A stretch of 64,000 bases of DNA, from assembly GCA_965287045.1 (NCBI GenBank), contig OZ336875.1, forward strand, positions 90,768,001 through 90,832,000. Reading direction: 5' to 3'. Shown here in pieces: positions 1 to 14,194 of this stretch. The notes beneath the pieces are model-generated. The model was not told the DNA's origin. It searched no databases and saw only the letters and a program-made list of their open reading frames with translations. Position numbers and translations under genes: made by a program. The stretch comes from Carcharhinus amblyrhynchos. Taxonomy: Eukaryota. How positions within the stretch are numbered: position 1 is the first letter of the stretch; each line of letters begins with the position of its first letter.

Positions 1-794
1 CATTTTTTGGCTCTCTTGACATTTTGCACCCTGTCGCCATTTACGTCCATGGTAAACTGGGTGCAAAATCCCAGCCAACATTACGAAACGAGGCAAGTGC
101 TTGATCAGTACAATGTCCATAATTTTCCCCCATTACCTTTATTTTTTCTTACAAGGGGGAAACATTTTCACGTTTAATAGAGGGTTATATTATTTGTTAA
201 TAGCATCGGTTTAATAGTTTACAAGGGAGGAACATTTTCATGTTTTTGAACGGCTGTCATACCTACAGTGGAAGCTCCAGATAGAGCTAAACAGGGCTTT
301 CATCAATCTTGTGCCAAATTTATCATAGCCAATAGAGAAAATCAGAGGAGAAAATTCCTCTCTCAGTCTTCTGAGTTATGCTGATCTTTCTATCCCAGTA
401 TTTGTGGCAGACATGTAAATTCATCCTAATTGAGGCACTCGACCCTACATGCATACCACTGGTAGTGCAGTCCCATATATAATAAATGCAATGATTCAAA
501 ATTATTGTGATCGATATGAGTTTCATGTTCAAAACTAAGAGGCATGATTGTTACATGTTCAGTATACCTTTGCAGATCAGAACTGCGAAGAAACAGATAT
601 TTAAATATAAACTTGATTGGGGCATTCAAAGGAGCAAATTTCAAAACTGAGTGGATGGATATGAATTTGTGATATTTATGAGTTGGCTGACATACCTCTG
701 TTATTCACCTGAGGGGTACTTCCCAACTTTGGTTTCATTTTCAATTCCTCTTCCACTACGATGACACGCTGCAATCTTTGTTGCAGATGAACAG

Positions 795-2582
795 AAAGTG
801 AAAAAGCACATTAGACAAGTGATGAGGAATTATAAGAAAAGACTGGCAGCCAATATAAAAAGGAATTTCAAAGTCTCTATAGGCATATAAATAATATTAG
901 TGTGGTAAAAAGACTGGGACCAATTGGGGTCTTAAAAAGGGATTTACATATGGAGGCAGAGGGCATGGCTGAGGAATTAAATACGTTCCTGGCATTTGTC
1001 TTAGCCAAGGAGGTAGATGCTATGTTGGATATGGTGACAGTTGAGGAAATTCTATTCTGTGAAGGGTTCACAATTGTTATGGAAGAAGTGTTGAACTGAC
1101 TGTAGTAATGAAAGTTAACAAGGCATCAGGACTGGCTGAGATGCATCCAAGGATATTGAAGGAAGTCAAGAAGGAAATTGCAGGGGCACTGGCCATGATC
1201 TTCCAGTCTTCTCGAGGCTCAGAGAGATGCCAGAGAACTGGAGAATTGCACATGTTATACCCTTGTTCAAAAAAGTTTGTAAGGATAGCTCCAGCAATTA
1301 TAGGCTAGTCAGTTTTAACATCAGCAGTGAGTAAGTAGTCACATGGAAAAATATGTGTTGATTAGGATGAGTCAATGCAGATTTCTACTGGCAAAATCAT
1401 ATTTAAGTAACTTGCTGGAGTTGTTTGAGGAGATAATAGGAAGATTTAACAAGGGTTTGCTGCTGATGCGGTATGCTTGAACTTTCAGAAAACATTTGAT
1501 ACAGTGCCACACAACAGACTTGTGAGAAAAGGTATAGTTCATAGACAAAATTGGCTGAATAATAGGAAGCAGAGACCAATAGTCAATGGATATTGTTTGG
1601 CTGGAGGACAGTTTATCATGGTTTTCCCCATGGATCAGTACTGGCACCCTTTCTTTTCCTGATTTATATTTATTATCTAGTGTGCAGGGAACAGTTTCAA
1701 AATTTGTAGATGATACAAAACTTGGAAGTATTGTAAACTGTGAAGAAGACAGACAGTGCAGAACTTCAAAAGGACATAGACAAGTTGGTGGAGTGGACAG
1801 ATGAAGTTCAGTGCCGAGAAGTGTGAGGTGATGCATTTTGGTAAGAAGAACATGGAGAAACAATATAAAATAAGGGGTAGAATTCTAAAACATGGTGCAG
1901 GAGCAGAGGGATCTGGGTATATATGTGCACAGATAATTGAAGGTGACAGAACAAGTGGAGAGAGTTGTTAACAAAGAATATAGTAGTTTGGGCTTTATTA
2001 AGAGGGGCGTAAGAATACAAGGTCAATGAAGTTATACTGAATTTTTACAAAAGACTGGTTAGATCTCAGCTGGAATACTGTGTACAGTTTTGTGCTCCAC
2101 ACTATAGAAAGAATGCAAACACATTGGAGAGAGTGCAGAAGAGGTTTACAAGAGTGGTTCCAGGCATGAGAAACTTCAGTTGTGAGGATAGATTGGAAAG
2201 GTAAGGACCATTGTCCATGGAGAAAAGAAGACTGAGAGGAGACTTGATAGAGATGTTCAAAATCTCGAGAGGGATAGGCAGAGTAGATAAGGATAAACTG
2301 TTCCCCCTCATAAAAGGATCAACAATGAGAAGGCACAGATTTAAAGTGATTGGCAAAAGAAGCAAGTATGATGTGAGAAAAATCTTTATCACCCCAGTGT
2401 TTCAGGTCTAGAATGCACAGCCTGCAAGTGTGGTGGAGGCAGATTCAAGGATCATCAGATGATTACTTGAATAGAAACAATATGCAGGGGTATGGGAAAA
2501 AGGCAGGAGAATGGTACTAAGCCTGGTGCAGCCATGATGGGCCAAATAGCCTCCTTCGCCATAACAATTTTGTGATTCTGAA
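795..2582 (+). mobile_element. Old degraded CR1 LINE (ORF2 RT region and 3' tail)
   Basis: Frameshifted fragments HPRILKEVKKEIAGAL, FQKTFDTVPHNRL, SKFVDDTKLG and EKRRLRGDLIEMFKI; CR1-type 3' end. Confidence 0.9.
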
Positions 2583-2654
2583 TGGGAGTGAGTGGAAAGT
2601 CCAGCTTGGTGAAGGAGTCGTGTCTGTTGTCATGGCACCGCTAGGCACTGGTGT

Positions 2655-3768
2655 CTATTGCAGAAAATGCAGATGCATGGGATTGAGGGTGATTTAGCAG
2701 TTTGGATCAGGAATTGGCTAGCTGATAGAAGACAGAGGGTGGTAGTTGATGGGAAATATTCAACCTGGAGTGCAGTTACAAGTGGTGTACCTCAAAGATC
2801 TGTTTTGGGGCCACTGCTGTTTGTCATTTTTATAAATGACCTGGATGAGGATGTAGAAGGATGGGTTAGTAAATTTGCTGATGACACCAAAGTCGGAGGA
2901 GTTGTAGACTGTGAGTATGGATGTTACAGTTTGCAGAGGGACATAGATAAGCTGCAGAGCTGGGCCGAGAGGTGGCAGATGGAGTTTAATACGGAAAAGT
3001 GTGAGGTGATTCACTTTGATAAGAGTAACAGGGGTACAGAATATAGGGCTAATGGAAGGACCCTTAGTAGTGTGGACGAGCAGAGGGATCTCGGGGTACA
3101 TGTGCATAGCTCCCTGAAAGTTGGCACCCAGGTTGATAAGGTTGTTAAGAAGGCGTACAGTGTGTTAGCTTTTATTGGTAGAGGGATTGAATTTTGGAGC
3201 CATGAGGTCATGTTACAACTGTACAAAACTCTGGTGCGGTCGCACTTGGAGTATTGTGTACAGTTCTGGTCGCTGCATTATAAGAAGGATGTGGAGGCAT
3301 TGGAAAGGGTGCAGAGGAGGTTTACCAGGATGTTGCCTGGTATGGTGGGAAGGTCTTATGAAGAAAGGCTGAGGGACTTGAGGTTATTTTCATTGGAGAG
3401 AAGAAGGTTACGAGGTGACCTGATTGAGGCATATAAGATGATCAAAGGATTGGATAGGATGGACAGTGACAGCCTTTTACCTTGGATGGTGATGGCTAAC
3501 ACAAGGGGACACAGCTTTAAATTAAGGGGTGGTAATTAAAGGACGGATGTCAGAGGTAGGTTCTTTACTCAGAGGGTAGTAAGGTCGTGGAATGCCCTGC
3601 CTGCAGCAGTTGTGGACTCGACAAGGGCGTTCAAATGGTCTGTGGATAGGCATATGGATAACATTGGAATAGTTTAGGTTAGAGGGTCATTGGATTGGTT
3701 CCACTGGTCGGCACAACATCGAGGGCCGAAGGGCCTGTACTGCGCTGTAATGTTCTATGTTCTATGTT
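2655..3768 (+). mobile_element. Young 5'-truncated CR1 LINE
   Basis: 293-aa open RT frame (SGVPQRSVLGPLLF, SKFADDTK, LERRRLRGDLIE). 3' tail gggccgaagggcctgt...(gttctat)n. Confidence 0.95.
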
Positions 3769-5439
3769 ATTAGCAAAGAGGCTAGCATCATCAGGAGCAG
3801 CCTTAGATGTCCCCCTAGATGCACATCTGTTGCTCATCTGCCAACAAGAGGTTGACTAGTACTTCCCTGTTCACCAAACTGGGTGAGGATTTGGTGGAGA
3901 CTCCATGGCCTGCTTGAGCTCAGTGACAATGCAATGGTTTGCATGTATATCCAGCATTTCCCTCTGTGAGCTGCTGGTCATGGCTCTCCAAGTGTAACAA
4001 ATCACTCAATGAAGGAAGCCACATGAACAATGAACGGGCGCTCACAATGCTCATCACCTGGACAGAGTTCTCCACTGCCCTTGCCAGGATGCACATTTCT
4101 TCTGGAAGCTCCGCCAGATCTTTACACTGATTCTGTTGGATATCATATATCTACCACCTCATGGCAATTCCAGAACTCATCATCTGCTTGGGCTTAAAAT
4201 TAAACTGAACTCACATGCTTTGCATGACAGAGGCTGGTCTGTCATCAACTCTGACAGCTGTATGCTGCTCAGATCAGTTGATGGTACCATTTTGACCGAC
4301 ATGTGCATGCCTACTGACTTGCAAGTAATACAGCTGGTGGAAGGTTTGGAATAAGGTACGCTGTGAGGTCCCCTCCTCTACCTCAGTTGTCAATGCCAAT
4401 TACTTGGGGATCATGGCTGCTCTGGCTGATGATTGGTCTGTTGAAAACAACAATACCACTCAACCCTGCAGATAAAGGCTGAGTCAGGATTGTTGCACTG
4501 CAGACAGAATACTTCCACCAATCATGTAGTCATAGGTGTGCATAACCAGCCGTTGCCACACAATCTGTTCCATCATTGACCTTTCCTCATCAAACTGACC
4601 TGTCACCTTGTCGACTAGCCAGATCCACTTTTGTCTACGCTGCCAAGTTTGACACTTGTCCACCAGTCCTTGTCATCTTACGGGTCCTACGGCGACAATG
4701 ATGAGTTCCGTATCTGGAGGGATCAACCCCTTGGTTGATGCTTTACTTCTCCTGTGGCATTTAACTTTTCCCACCCTCATGTTCCAGTCAAGCCATCATG
4801 GCTCCTTAATTTGGCAATGTGGGCACGCAACAACCATTCATCCATTCCCTTATCTAAAATGTTCCATGCACATGTGCATACCCCCCATGAGGGCACCCAT
4901 ATTGGGAGTTAAGGATTCTCCCTCATCCTTGCAGTAGGAAGATAGCTATTCACCCCTTTGTGACACTGTAGCCATATTATATGAACTACCCCATGCCTGT
5001 TCACCACCACTGCCACCTCCATCCAGGTTTGTTTCATTAGGCAGGGATGCCTCCACTTCCCGCCAGAGGAGCACCTCCCGCCATTTAGTTACAGCCTTTT
5101 GGAGAGCATGCAAGGAGACATCATCCAACCATGAGGGTGTCCATAATTGTGTCTCTGATATTCTTCTAGCAGTTATTGCCTTACCTCAATCAAAACTGGT
5201 AAATAAATATTTGAATACATAGTTAAGGTACTTCAGGAAGACTGGAATTGGCAAGGATGATGCTGGCCTTTTGACTGCAGCAGATTTTTAATAATTGCTC
5301 CTTCACTGCATGCTGCTGTCCTGATGCAGATCCTCCATTGCCCTGATGCATATTGCCAGCAGCCCTTTAACTGCGACTGGGTGACAGCAGGCATACTTTT
5401 TGTCTCTGACGCCCCTCCACCTACTGTAAAATCTTAGCC
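3769..5439 (-). mobile_element. Degraded Harbinger-type element carrying a Myb/SANT-like ORF relic, apparently interrupted by the CR1 at 2655-3768
   Basis: Minus-strand DVSLHALQKAVTKWREVLLWREVEA (about 5040-5128) and a KVND-like motif near 4575 resemble Harbinger Myb-like proteins. The end resembles other local TIR ends (gtaaaatcttagcc). Confidence 0.5.
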
Positions 5440-6100
5440 TATATGTGTACTTCTTGGAAATCTAAATGGAGTACTAGGTCGTAAAGAGTTAATTATACTT
5501 TTATTTGGCTCGTGAGCAGACATTTGTGGAGGAATGAAAGGCTTTTTGTAATACAGTATTATTTGTCCATTTATTATTTTATGAGAATTTTGTATTTAAA
5601 GAAATGATGAGTTTACACTTGTCCACCATAAATGCTCAAGGTTTTGGTGTGAAGCCAAATAAACTATTTTAATTAGTTCTTAAAAGCAAATACAATTTTG
5701 AAATGCCAATTATTGTTGAATGCAGTATTAATTTTAATTGGGTAAAATGATTTAAGTTTCTTGATGTTTTGGCAAATCATCATTTTTAAGCACGTAGAAT
5801 GTAACAAGCAGAGCTTTCTACAGATGCCTTTTTGTTCAAGTGAGTAGCTAAAATACCTGAATAATTTACTCAGCTTAAAATAACTGAAGTTTTTGCAGTA
5901 GGATAGGGATAACACATGCTTACGGATATCTATTTTAGAAGTACAGATGCTGGGGTTCAACAGTCAATGGAAAAATCATACAGAATTCCTTTTAAGCATA
6001 ATATGAGTGTGTGATGACTGATCACATGTAATGACATATATCTTTGAATTCAAATTAATTGCACTAGATGCTATTGCAATAACACCATTCTCTTTTTTAA

Positions 6101-6247
<147 letters not shown>

Positions 6248-7000
6248 TGAGTACACACCTTAAATTTTGTTACCAAGTTGTTTTCTCTCTTGATCAATGT
6301 TCTAGTTCTGAATTAAAGGAAAGAATTTTTCAGCAGGTGCTTTGGAACCAACATGTGTGTCCTGACTCGGATGGTGTCCAAACCTTGCTTGCCCAAGTGA
6401 TCTGCCTCCAGTGGCAGCCAATTCACAGGCTGCCACTGAGATCCCTGTCCAGTTGGGGATGGCAGGTGTGTGCAAAGGTTGGGACACTAATAGGAACACC
6501 TGAAACTGAGGGTAGCCACTGAGATAGATGCACATTGTCATGTAGGTGGGAATGCATGAGGCTGCCTCGAGGTGGAGGCATCCCTTGAAGATTTCTAAAT
6601 TTTTTAAAAATGAGGCCACGGTTGCTATCAAGGAATCCTTCTACAGGATAGCCTCTGGCTGTAGTTATGACCCGATGATCACTATGGCACCAGATGAGAG
6701 ACAGCAGGGTTTGAAGGAGATGTTGTTGGCCTTTGGAGAACTGGGTGAGAAACAGAATTGCGCTAAAGGCAGCAAGATCTCAGCTCCATCAAAAAATGTC
6801 CTCTGATTGGGCCCTTAAATGGAGTAATTGACTATTTGCTTCCTTCTAAGCAGGCTGTTAACTTTCTTACTGCCCACTTCTGAGAATTTCCCCCAAGATT
6901 AGACTGCAACAGGGTACCAATCCAGTCAGCTCCCTCCTAGTTTCCTGACCTGGTACGTCCAATTCCCTCTCTATAGGGCCTGAAATATGCAGGTAAATGC

Positions 7001-7152
7001 TTCAGGTTTGTGACCCTCCATCAGATGATGAAAAGTCACACACCTGAAAGATTTTACTCTCCAAAGATGTTACCAGATCTACTAAGTACTTACAGCTGTT
7101 TCCGTTTTTTTTAAATTTCAGATTGCCAGTATCTGCAGCATTTTTCTTTTGT
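7001..7152. repeat. Short palindromic-headed repeat (related copy at about 26848-26992, opposite orientation)
   Basis: ttcaggtttgtgac...catca/tgatg...gtcacacacctgaa inverted arrangement, followed by tttcagattgccagtatctgcagca; homologous to the reverse complement of 26848-26992. Confidence 0.6.
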
Positions 7153-7759
7153 TTTATTTCAATATTAATTGGAGTATATTAAAGCGTGATGCTTTATTGC
7201 TATCTTTAATGATGTCAGTGTGAGCATTAGTTTTAGGTCAAGATCAAGAACAACAAAAAAATGCTCAATTGTTTCTACTGCCATAGCTGATTAATTGGTG
7301 TGGTACAGAGTAAGCCTTAATGTAAAAATGAATGTTTTCCATTCATTTATGACCAAAAACATTAATGTAAGGAATTTAAATGATATTCCAAAAGTCTTTC
7401 CAACAAATTTTTACAGGCACACAAACTACAGCTGGCATCCTTTTGTGTTGTAACGAGGCTACATCTTTATGATTCCATCTAAATAATAAGGAACAAAAAG
7501 TATTGAATACAAAAATCATGGCGGAAATGGAATTTTGTTAAATTAGGTTACTATTATTTTTTCCCCATATTAGTAAAGGCATATCCCAAGTATATATATT
7601 TATAACCATGAAAACAATCAACTATTTATTTTTAAATGGCAATATCCCTCCAATTTCTCCCTTAATTCTTTTCCTCAAGTTCAGGACAATGGTTATCTGA
7701 CTTCCTGTTATTTAGGCAAATTCCAAAAATTAAATCCAATATAGATTAGGGACCCAGGT

Positions 7760-8050
7760 GAATAAATTATTCCCACAAACAGCATTGTAATAATGACCAG
7801 AGATCTGTTTTTTTGTGATATTAATTGAGAGATAAATATTCCGTTATTCTTCTTTGAAGATCATTTGTGTCCATCTGAGAGGACAGAGAAGGCTTCTAAA
7901 TAAGTTTTCATTTAGCACTTCCACATTGCAGAACTCCGTTGGTTTTCAGACTGTTAGCCTTGATTTTTGTGCTCCAAGTGCTTAAGTCAGACTTGAGCCC
8001 AGAATTGTGACTCAGCGGCAGCATCAGTACCAACTGAGCGACAGTTGATA
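7760..8050 (-). mobile_element. Deu-domain-like SINE, degraded
   Basis: Reverse-complement similarity to the 33290-33735 copy (cccacaaacagca...aatgaccaga, tcttctttgaa, gattttgtgctc). Confidence 0.6.
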
Positions 8051-8939
8051 ATCATTTAAGATGATTCTGGAAAACTCAGAGCTCAGTGCTCTACAGAAGT
8101 ATGACCAACTTTGAAGAAATGGGTGCAGCATCAATCAAAATGGCAATTGCCAGTTTAAGTAAATGCTACCTCTCACCTCCCCATGCCACTCCCTACACTG
8201 CAACAACTTTTAGGTTATTTGAGTAGTTTCAAAACACTAGGACAGTTTTAACATCCCAGGCCAGATTTTCCCTTGCAGAATCAGGACAGAATGGAGAGAG
8301 TACAGCAAAAGAAAAATTGTGTCTGTGGAATGTATGCCAGTCTGCTGTCTCTGTTCCAACTGTTGATTTTCCTGAGGACAGCTTGAGAGTGGGTTAAGGA
8401 GAAAAAGTGGTCACTCACCTCATGAGTTGAGTTCATTAGGGAGTGTGGTAAGAGCATGCGTCTGAGCCCCCGAGACAGCAGGTGCCCAATAGGAGCCCTC
8501 TGAAGTTGACCAACTGCAACCTGATAGGAATAGAGGCGACAGCAAGGAAACCATTTGATTAAGTGTGTAAAAGTTTGAACAATAAATTAATGAGCAGTAA
8601 TAATTTTATTAATGAACCTTTCCCTGCCTGAACCTGGGTCCGAGCTCACCATTTGCTCTGGCCACTTTGAAGATGAAGATTTTCTCATTTCTTTAACACA
8701 ATGCACAAATAGCAACTAGAATATTGGCTGTGATTCAGGCCAGAAAGTGGCCCATTTCCGTATGCCCCACCTCCATTTCCACTACGGCCCCTGGTGACTA
8801 ATTGGACAGCAAACCATCTCTAGGATCATTAACATCGATGTGAAAATCAAGCTTCATGCCACTGTTGAGACAGAGGTGGATACATAACCCAGAATTGAAC
8901 TGACCTTCTGTTGCCCACTTCCACTGGAAAAATCCCTTC

Positions 8940-9253
8940 TGACTCAGGTTATGCGTTCAAGCTCCATTTCATGACTTGAGCACAGAAATATATGCATACA
9001 CTCCAGTGAGTAAATGCTGCACTATTGGAGGTGTCTTCTTTTGGGTGAGCATGGGGCCATCCCAAAGTCCAGCATAATATTTTTCCCTCACGCAACTTCG
9101 CTAAAACTATCACATTTATTGGAACTTGCTGTATGAGAATTGGCTACCAGGTTTCTGCATTACAAAGGTGATTGCTTCATTAGCAGTATTGCTCTTTGCA
9201 ACATCCTGTAGTTATGAAAGGCACAATATAAATGCAAACCTTTCTTCTTTCTT
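8940..9253 (+). mobile_element. Deu-domain-like SINE, degraded
   Basis: tRNA-like head (ggttatgcgttcaagc), gacttgagcaca, aattggctacc...cattaca, tail gaaaggcacaatataaatgcaa...ttctttcttt. Confidence 0.6.
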
Positions 9254-10699
9254 TCCTCATTTGAATCCATATACTTCAGATATGGAGCCTCGTATGGACT
9301 CCTCAAAGCAGCCATCTACACTCACACCTGTGTTGACTGACCACAACTGCTGCATCATAGGATCTATCAGTTCTTTGCCATAAAGGTTGCAATGGACTGA
9401 TTTTCTTGTAGTGTTCAATTGTTTCGGCAGAGTAATGGTGTTTAGTTTCTGCCTGTATCTTGGTTGAAGGTGTTAATTCAGAACATTATACATCTACTGC
9501 AGCTCTCCAAAATTTTGTTCATGTGCTTAAGTGCACAGGCCCTGTCTATGTTGTCAGCAGTTCACCATGATAACATGAATAAGGGCCAAATTGGAAGCTT
9601 GTTTAGAAATGGCCATGCATGAGTAGTTAGGCAGATGTTCAGTCACATTGTGTTTGTACCCCACTAGCAACATCAATGGAAATTTTACCCTGACTTCTTT
9701 TGTTAATGAGAACATGGATATGTTCCAACTAAGCAGCAACAAGTGAATGAAACCCATAGTTTGGTGTAATGGGAAACAGTTCTTTCTTCAGATAAGCACA
9801 TACTCTGCATAAGTGAGGCCACTATTTAATCATAACTGAACATCTGTTTTCTGTCAAGTTTCACAGTCGGCATCAGACTATACTAATCAAGTAGAACAAG
9901 TTTTTAATTTGGGAAAAGAAATCCTGCTACTGGTGAAAATGAACTGAAATAACATTCTCTTGTTATTGGAATACCCCAAGAAACCTTTCACCAATTCTTG
10001 GCTTATCCTTTATTCTTCAAGTAAATATTACATTGAGTTATTATGGCACAAAAGGATTCCATTCAGCTTATTATAAAGAAATCCAATCAGTTTTATTCCC
10101 TCTCTCTATTCCGGTAGCCCATGAGCTTACTTTCCTCAAATGTCCAACCAATTTCCTTTTGAAGTTCTGGTAATTACTCAGCTACTACTGTATTCACTTT
10201 CCACTCATTTAATTAACTAAATTTAAATTCCCACATTGCCAGATGAAGCCTAGTTAGTCGTTCTTACAGCACTCATGCTAAACCTCAGAAGTTCGTATCA
10301 GTTTAGCTTAGTATAATTCTTGCCTGTCTGACTACAGCAGACTAACATTTGCCAGGGTATATCCATCAATGTTATAGCAACAGACAAGCAATCAGAGCAT
10401 TCATTGAGCTAGACTAGCCAATCCACATTCAGGATGTTATATGGACCCAAATTATGCATTCATGTCAACTCCTTGAAAATATTATTCATGTAAAAGTTTT
10501 GCTTAAAAGGTTAGTCACAAAATTTAACTTTTACATGGGTATATATGGGACTGACCAAGCTTTTGATCATCTGACATACTAGATGAAAGTTCATAGCATT
10601 CCTGTGAAGCACCTTGTGACATTTTATTACATTAAAGGCACCATATGAAGACAATTTGTGGGATTGCTACCTCACTGACTGCAACATGGCTGATTTAGG

Positions 10700-11735
10700 G
10701 CTACTGACTTTCAATGGGGCAAAATGTAGATGATTCTGCAAGATGTTTTCAAGCAGCACAGGGCCTTGAGAAGCCAGCTTTGGACAGCATAACCTAGCAT
10801 GTTTGGTAGCAGTCTGGGCTGGCTGGCTGACTGACAGCACCAATGACACTGGCAGAGTTACGGTGGTAGGGCACAAATGCCATCGTCCTGAGAGAGGACA
10901 GCAGTTTCTTGCACCGTGGAGTCACTGCCACTTCTCCAAGTCAGTTACTCAGCAATCCCAGTAACCTGCTTGAGCATAGATTGCTGAGACACCGCAAACA
11001 CTGATATCAGCAGACATGATGTCTGCAGTCTGATCCTGCATGACAGCAGTCTGAACCTGCATGGTACCAAGTTCAGCTTGTACAGCAACGTAAAGATCTT
11101 GTGACATCATTTTGAGCTTCCATTGCAGCACTCAGATCTTGGGTAACATTTGTATGCACTGCAATGGAAGCTGTGACATTAATGGGCATGAGACGTGGCA
11201 TCAAAGCTGGATCTGCAAGTGTTCTCTTGTACAGATCTACCAGTGCCAGGCTGGAAAGGATGGGCTTCAAGCTGTTCAGGAAGTCCAGTGTCAAGTTGGA
11301 TCTCTCCATGCTGTTTAATTGTGGCAACAAACTCTTTGGCAGGGCTACCAATGCACCAAACACTTTGGACGTTCACATCCAGCCTTTTCCTGTATTTTGC
11401 TCTGTTGAAAATTTCATTCAAACTCTCTGCAGCAGAACACGCCTTGTGACTTTCCCCTCCAAAGTATTGTCTATCCCAGCATGTGTAGACAGATTCTGGC
11501 AGATTGAGCAGACGAGACCAATGGAAGGTCAACAATCAAGAAGGTGGTCTCTGCCAGCGTCGTGGAACGTGAAGAGCAGGACAAGATACAGAAGACGTCC
11601 TGGTCATCCACTGCGCCTAGTCCCACCTCCAGCCGTCTTGACTCTTGTCTTGCCACTGAATCTAGATGGGAATTGGGAAGAGAGAGTGAGACTGACCTGC
11701 GCAACTCTCCCTTACTTTAATCCAAATCAAGCGCT
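10700..11735 (-). mobile_element. Probable Harbinger accessory-ORF relic (coiled-coil C-terminal part)
   Basis: Minus-strand Ala/Gln/Met-rich heptad-like peptides (DLSAAMEAQNDVT, MQVQTAVMQDQTA), similar in character to the ORF relic inside the TIR element at 44500-46090. Confidence 0.35.
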
Positions 11736-11744
11736 AGTTTTGAC

Positions 11745-14178
11745 ATCATCATCATCACCAATGTCCTGTTCAACCCTTGAAGTCCTGCGGCGATGGGCGA
11801 GCGACAAAGCAGCAGGTGTGGATACACTGGGAGCTGTAGTCACGGACCTGCACGTAGGTGGCTCAGGTCTAATGGTCGTTTTCCGCTAGCCAAAGCGGCA
11901 GTGGAACTCGGCATCTATCTGGGCGACTGAGCAGTCCTCTTCAGGAATGCACTGTTCATCTCCGTAGAATGAGGAAGGGGCTAGAAAACATGCCCTAAAC
12001 ATTGACTGCTTTACTACGCCCTGGCCAGTTTACCGCGGCTGGCGGGGATCCCATCTTGCGGTTGAACAAACAAAATAAAACACAAGATGACACTGCTCAC
12101 CATTGGCACTTGGAACGTGCGCATGCTTTTGAACAACCCTACAGCAGACAGACCAGAGAGAAGAGCAGCCTTAGTTGCCAGAAAGCTTGCAACTTTGACA
12201 TTGCAGTCCTGAACGAAACTTGTCTTGCCAACATAGGTCAGTTGACTGAAACTGGAGGTGGATACACTCCTTTCTGGAGCGGTTGCGGCAGCGATGAGTG
12301 TCGTGATGCTGGAGTTGGATTCACTGTCAGGAATCCCCTTGTTTGGAAACTTGATAGTCTACCCAAGGGTGTGAATGACCTGCTTATAACATTACAGCTT
12401 CCGCTACAGAACAGAAGTCAAGCCACCCTGATCAGCGCCTATGCCCTCACAATGAACAACCCGGACGAGATGAAAGACAAGTTCTACAAAGAACTATACG
12501 CTCTACTATCAGCAGTAAGCAGTACCGACAAGCTGATCTTGCTTGGTGATTTCAATGCAAGAGTAGAGTGTGACTCTGCAATCTGGCAGGGAGTCATTGG
12601 GAGACATGGAGTGGGCAAGTGTAACAGTAATGGCCTACTCTTAATGAAGACCTATGCAGCACGCGACCTCCTCATCACCAACACAATCTTCCGTCTGCCT
12701 ACCTGTAACAAGACCTCCTGGATGCATCCCCATTCTAAGCATTGGCACCTTATCGACTATGTCATTGTCAGGAGAAAAGACAGGCAGAATGTCAGAGTAA
12801 CCGAGGCCATGTGTGGTGCTGACTGCTGGACAGATCACAGGCTCATTGTCTCCAAAATGAGGCTCCGCATCAGACCCAAGAGGCGACCACAAGGAAGCAA
12901 GGTTATGAAAAGAATCAATGCGGCCAAGCTAAAGAACCCCAGCGTAGCTTCAGCACTGGCTGAAGACTTAGAAATCAAGCTTGCTGACCTACACCTCACA
13001 GGCAGCACAGAGGACAACTGGGAACGCTTCAGGGATGCTATCCATACATCTGCGCTGAAGATGCTTGGGCCCTTCACCCGCAAGCAGCATGATTGGTTCG
13101 ATGAGAATGATGAGGAGATATAGGCTCTACTTGTTGAAAAGCACCGTCTTCATTGGGCCTGTCAGAACGACCCATCTTCAGCTGCCAAGAAAAATGCTTT
13201 TACCAGCGCTCGCAGGACAGTCCAGAATAAAATGAGTAAAATGCAGGATGCCTGGCTGAGTGCCAAGGCAGATGAAATACAGGGATACGCTAACAGAAAC
13301 GACTTGAAATGGTTCTATGTAACCCTCAACACTCTCTAGAGACCTCAATCTCTCGGGAGCACCCCCCTCCTGAGTACATATGGTTCAACTCTCATTACAG
13401 AAAGGGCTCAGATCCTGCAGAGATGAGCTGAACACTTTGAAGCCATCCTCAACCGACGGACAGAATAGACAGGATTCTCCAGGTTGACATCAACAGTGCC
13501 ATGGATGACCCACTGGTAGTAGCCGAAGTCACGAAAGCTGTCAGCCAGCTATCCAGTGGCAAAACCCCAGGGGCAGATGCCATACCCGCAGAGATCTATA
13601 GAGCTGCTGGTCCTACACTTATTGAGAAGCTCATTGAGTTGTTCCAGTCCTTTTGGAAGCAATGATCCATTCCTCAGGAACTTAAAGATGCTTCCATCGT
13701 ACACCTTTACAAGAGGAAGGGCAATCGGCCAGCATGCGACAACCATCAAGGAATCTCGCTGCTCTCCATCACAGGAAAAACCCTCGCAAGAGTCCTGCTA
13801 AATCGCCTGGTCACTCATCTGGAGCTGGGCCTGCTTTCAGAGTCACAGTGTGGCTTCCACAAAGGTCGTGGGACTACTGACATGATTTTTTTCTGCGCGC
13901 CAACTTCAGAAGTGTCAGGAGCAGAATCGTGAGCTTCACACAACCTTTGTTGACCTCGCGAAAGCCGTTGACACTGTAAGCCAACAAGACCTGCGGAGCA
14001 TCATGTCAAAGGTCGGCTGCCCCCCCACATTCATTCAGATGGTACAGCTGTTCCATGATGGACAGAGTACTGGATGGCGGAGAATCCTCTGAGGCATTCC
14101 CAGTCACCAGTGGCGTCAAACAGGGATGTGTGCTCGTATCCACACTGTTCAACATGACGTTTACTGCCATGCTGAAAT
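11745..14178 (+). mobile_element. RTE-clade LINE, 5' part (5' UTR, APE endonuclease, N-terminal RT), 3' end missing
   Basis: IGTWNVR, ATLISAYA, LILLGDFNARV, WHLIDYVIV and CWTDHRL (endonuclease); GKTPGADAIPAEIY, GISLLSITGK, SQCGF, FVDL-KA-DTV and GVKQGCV (RT); several stops and frameshifts. Confidence 0.92.
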
Positions 14179-14194
14179 AAACACACTTCAGACC

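Noticed and set aside
2879-2885. CTGATGA hammerhead cores inside CR1 copies and at about 31979 and 34187
   Set aside because: In CR1 they are simply the FADD codons; the others lack a stem II followed by GAAA.
11164-11889. 241-aa + strand ORF as a novel gene
   Set aside because: No recognisable domain; it runs antisense through a probable transposon relic and into the RTE 5' UTR.
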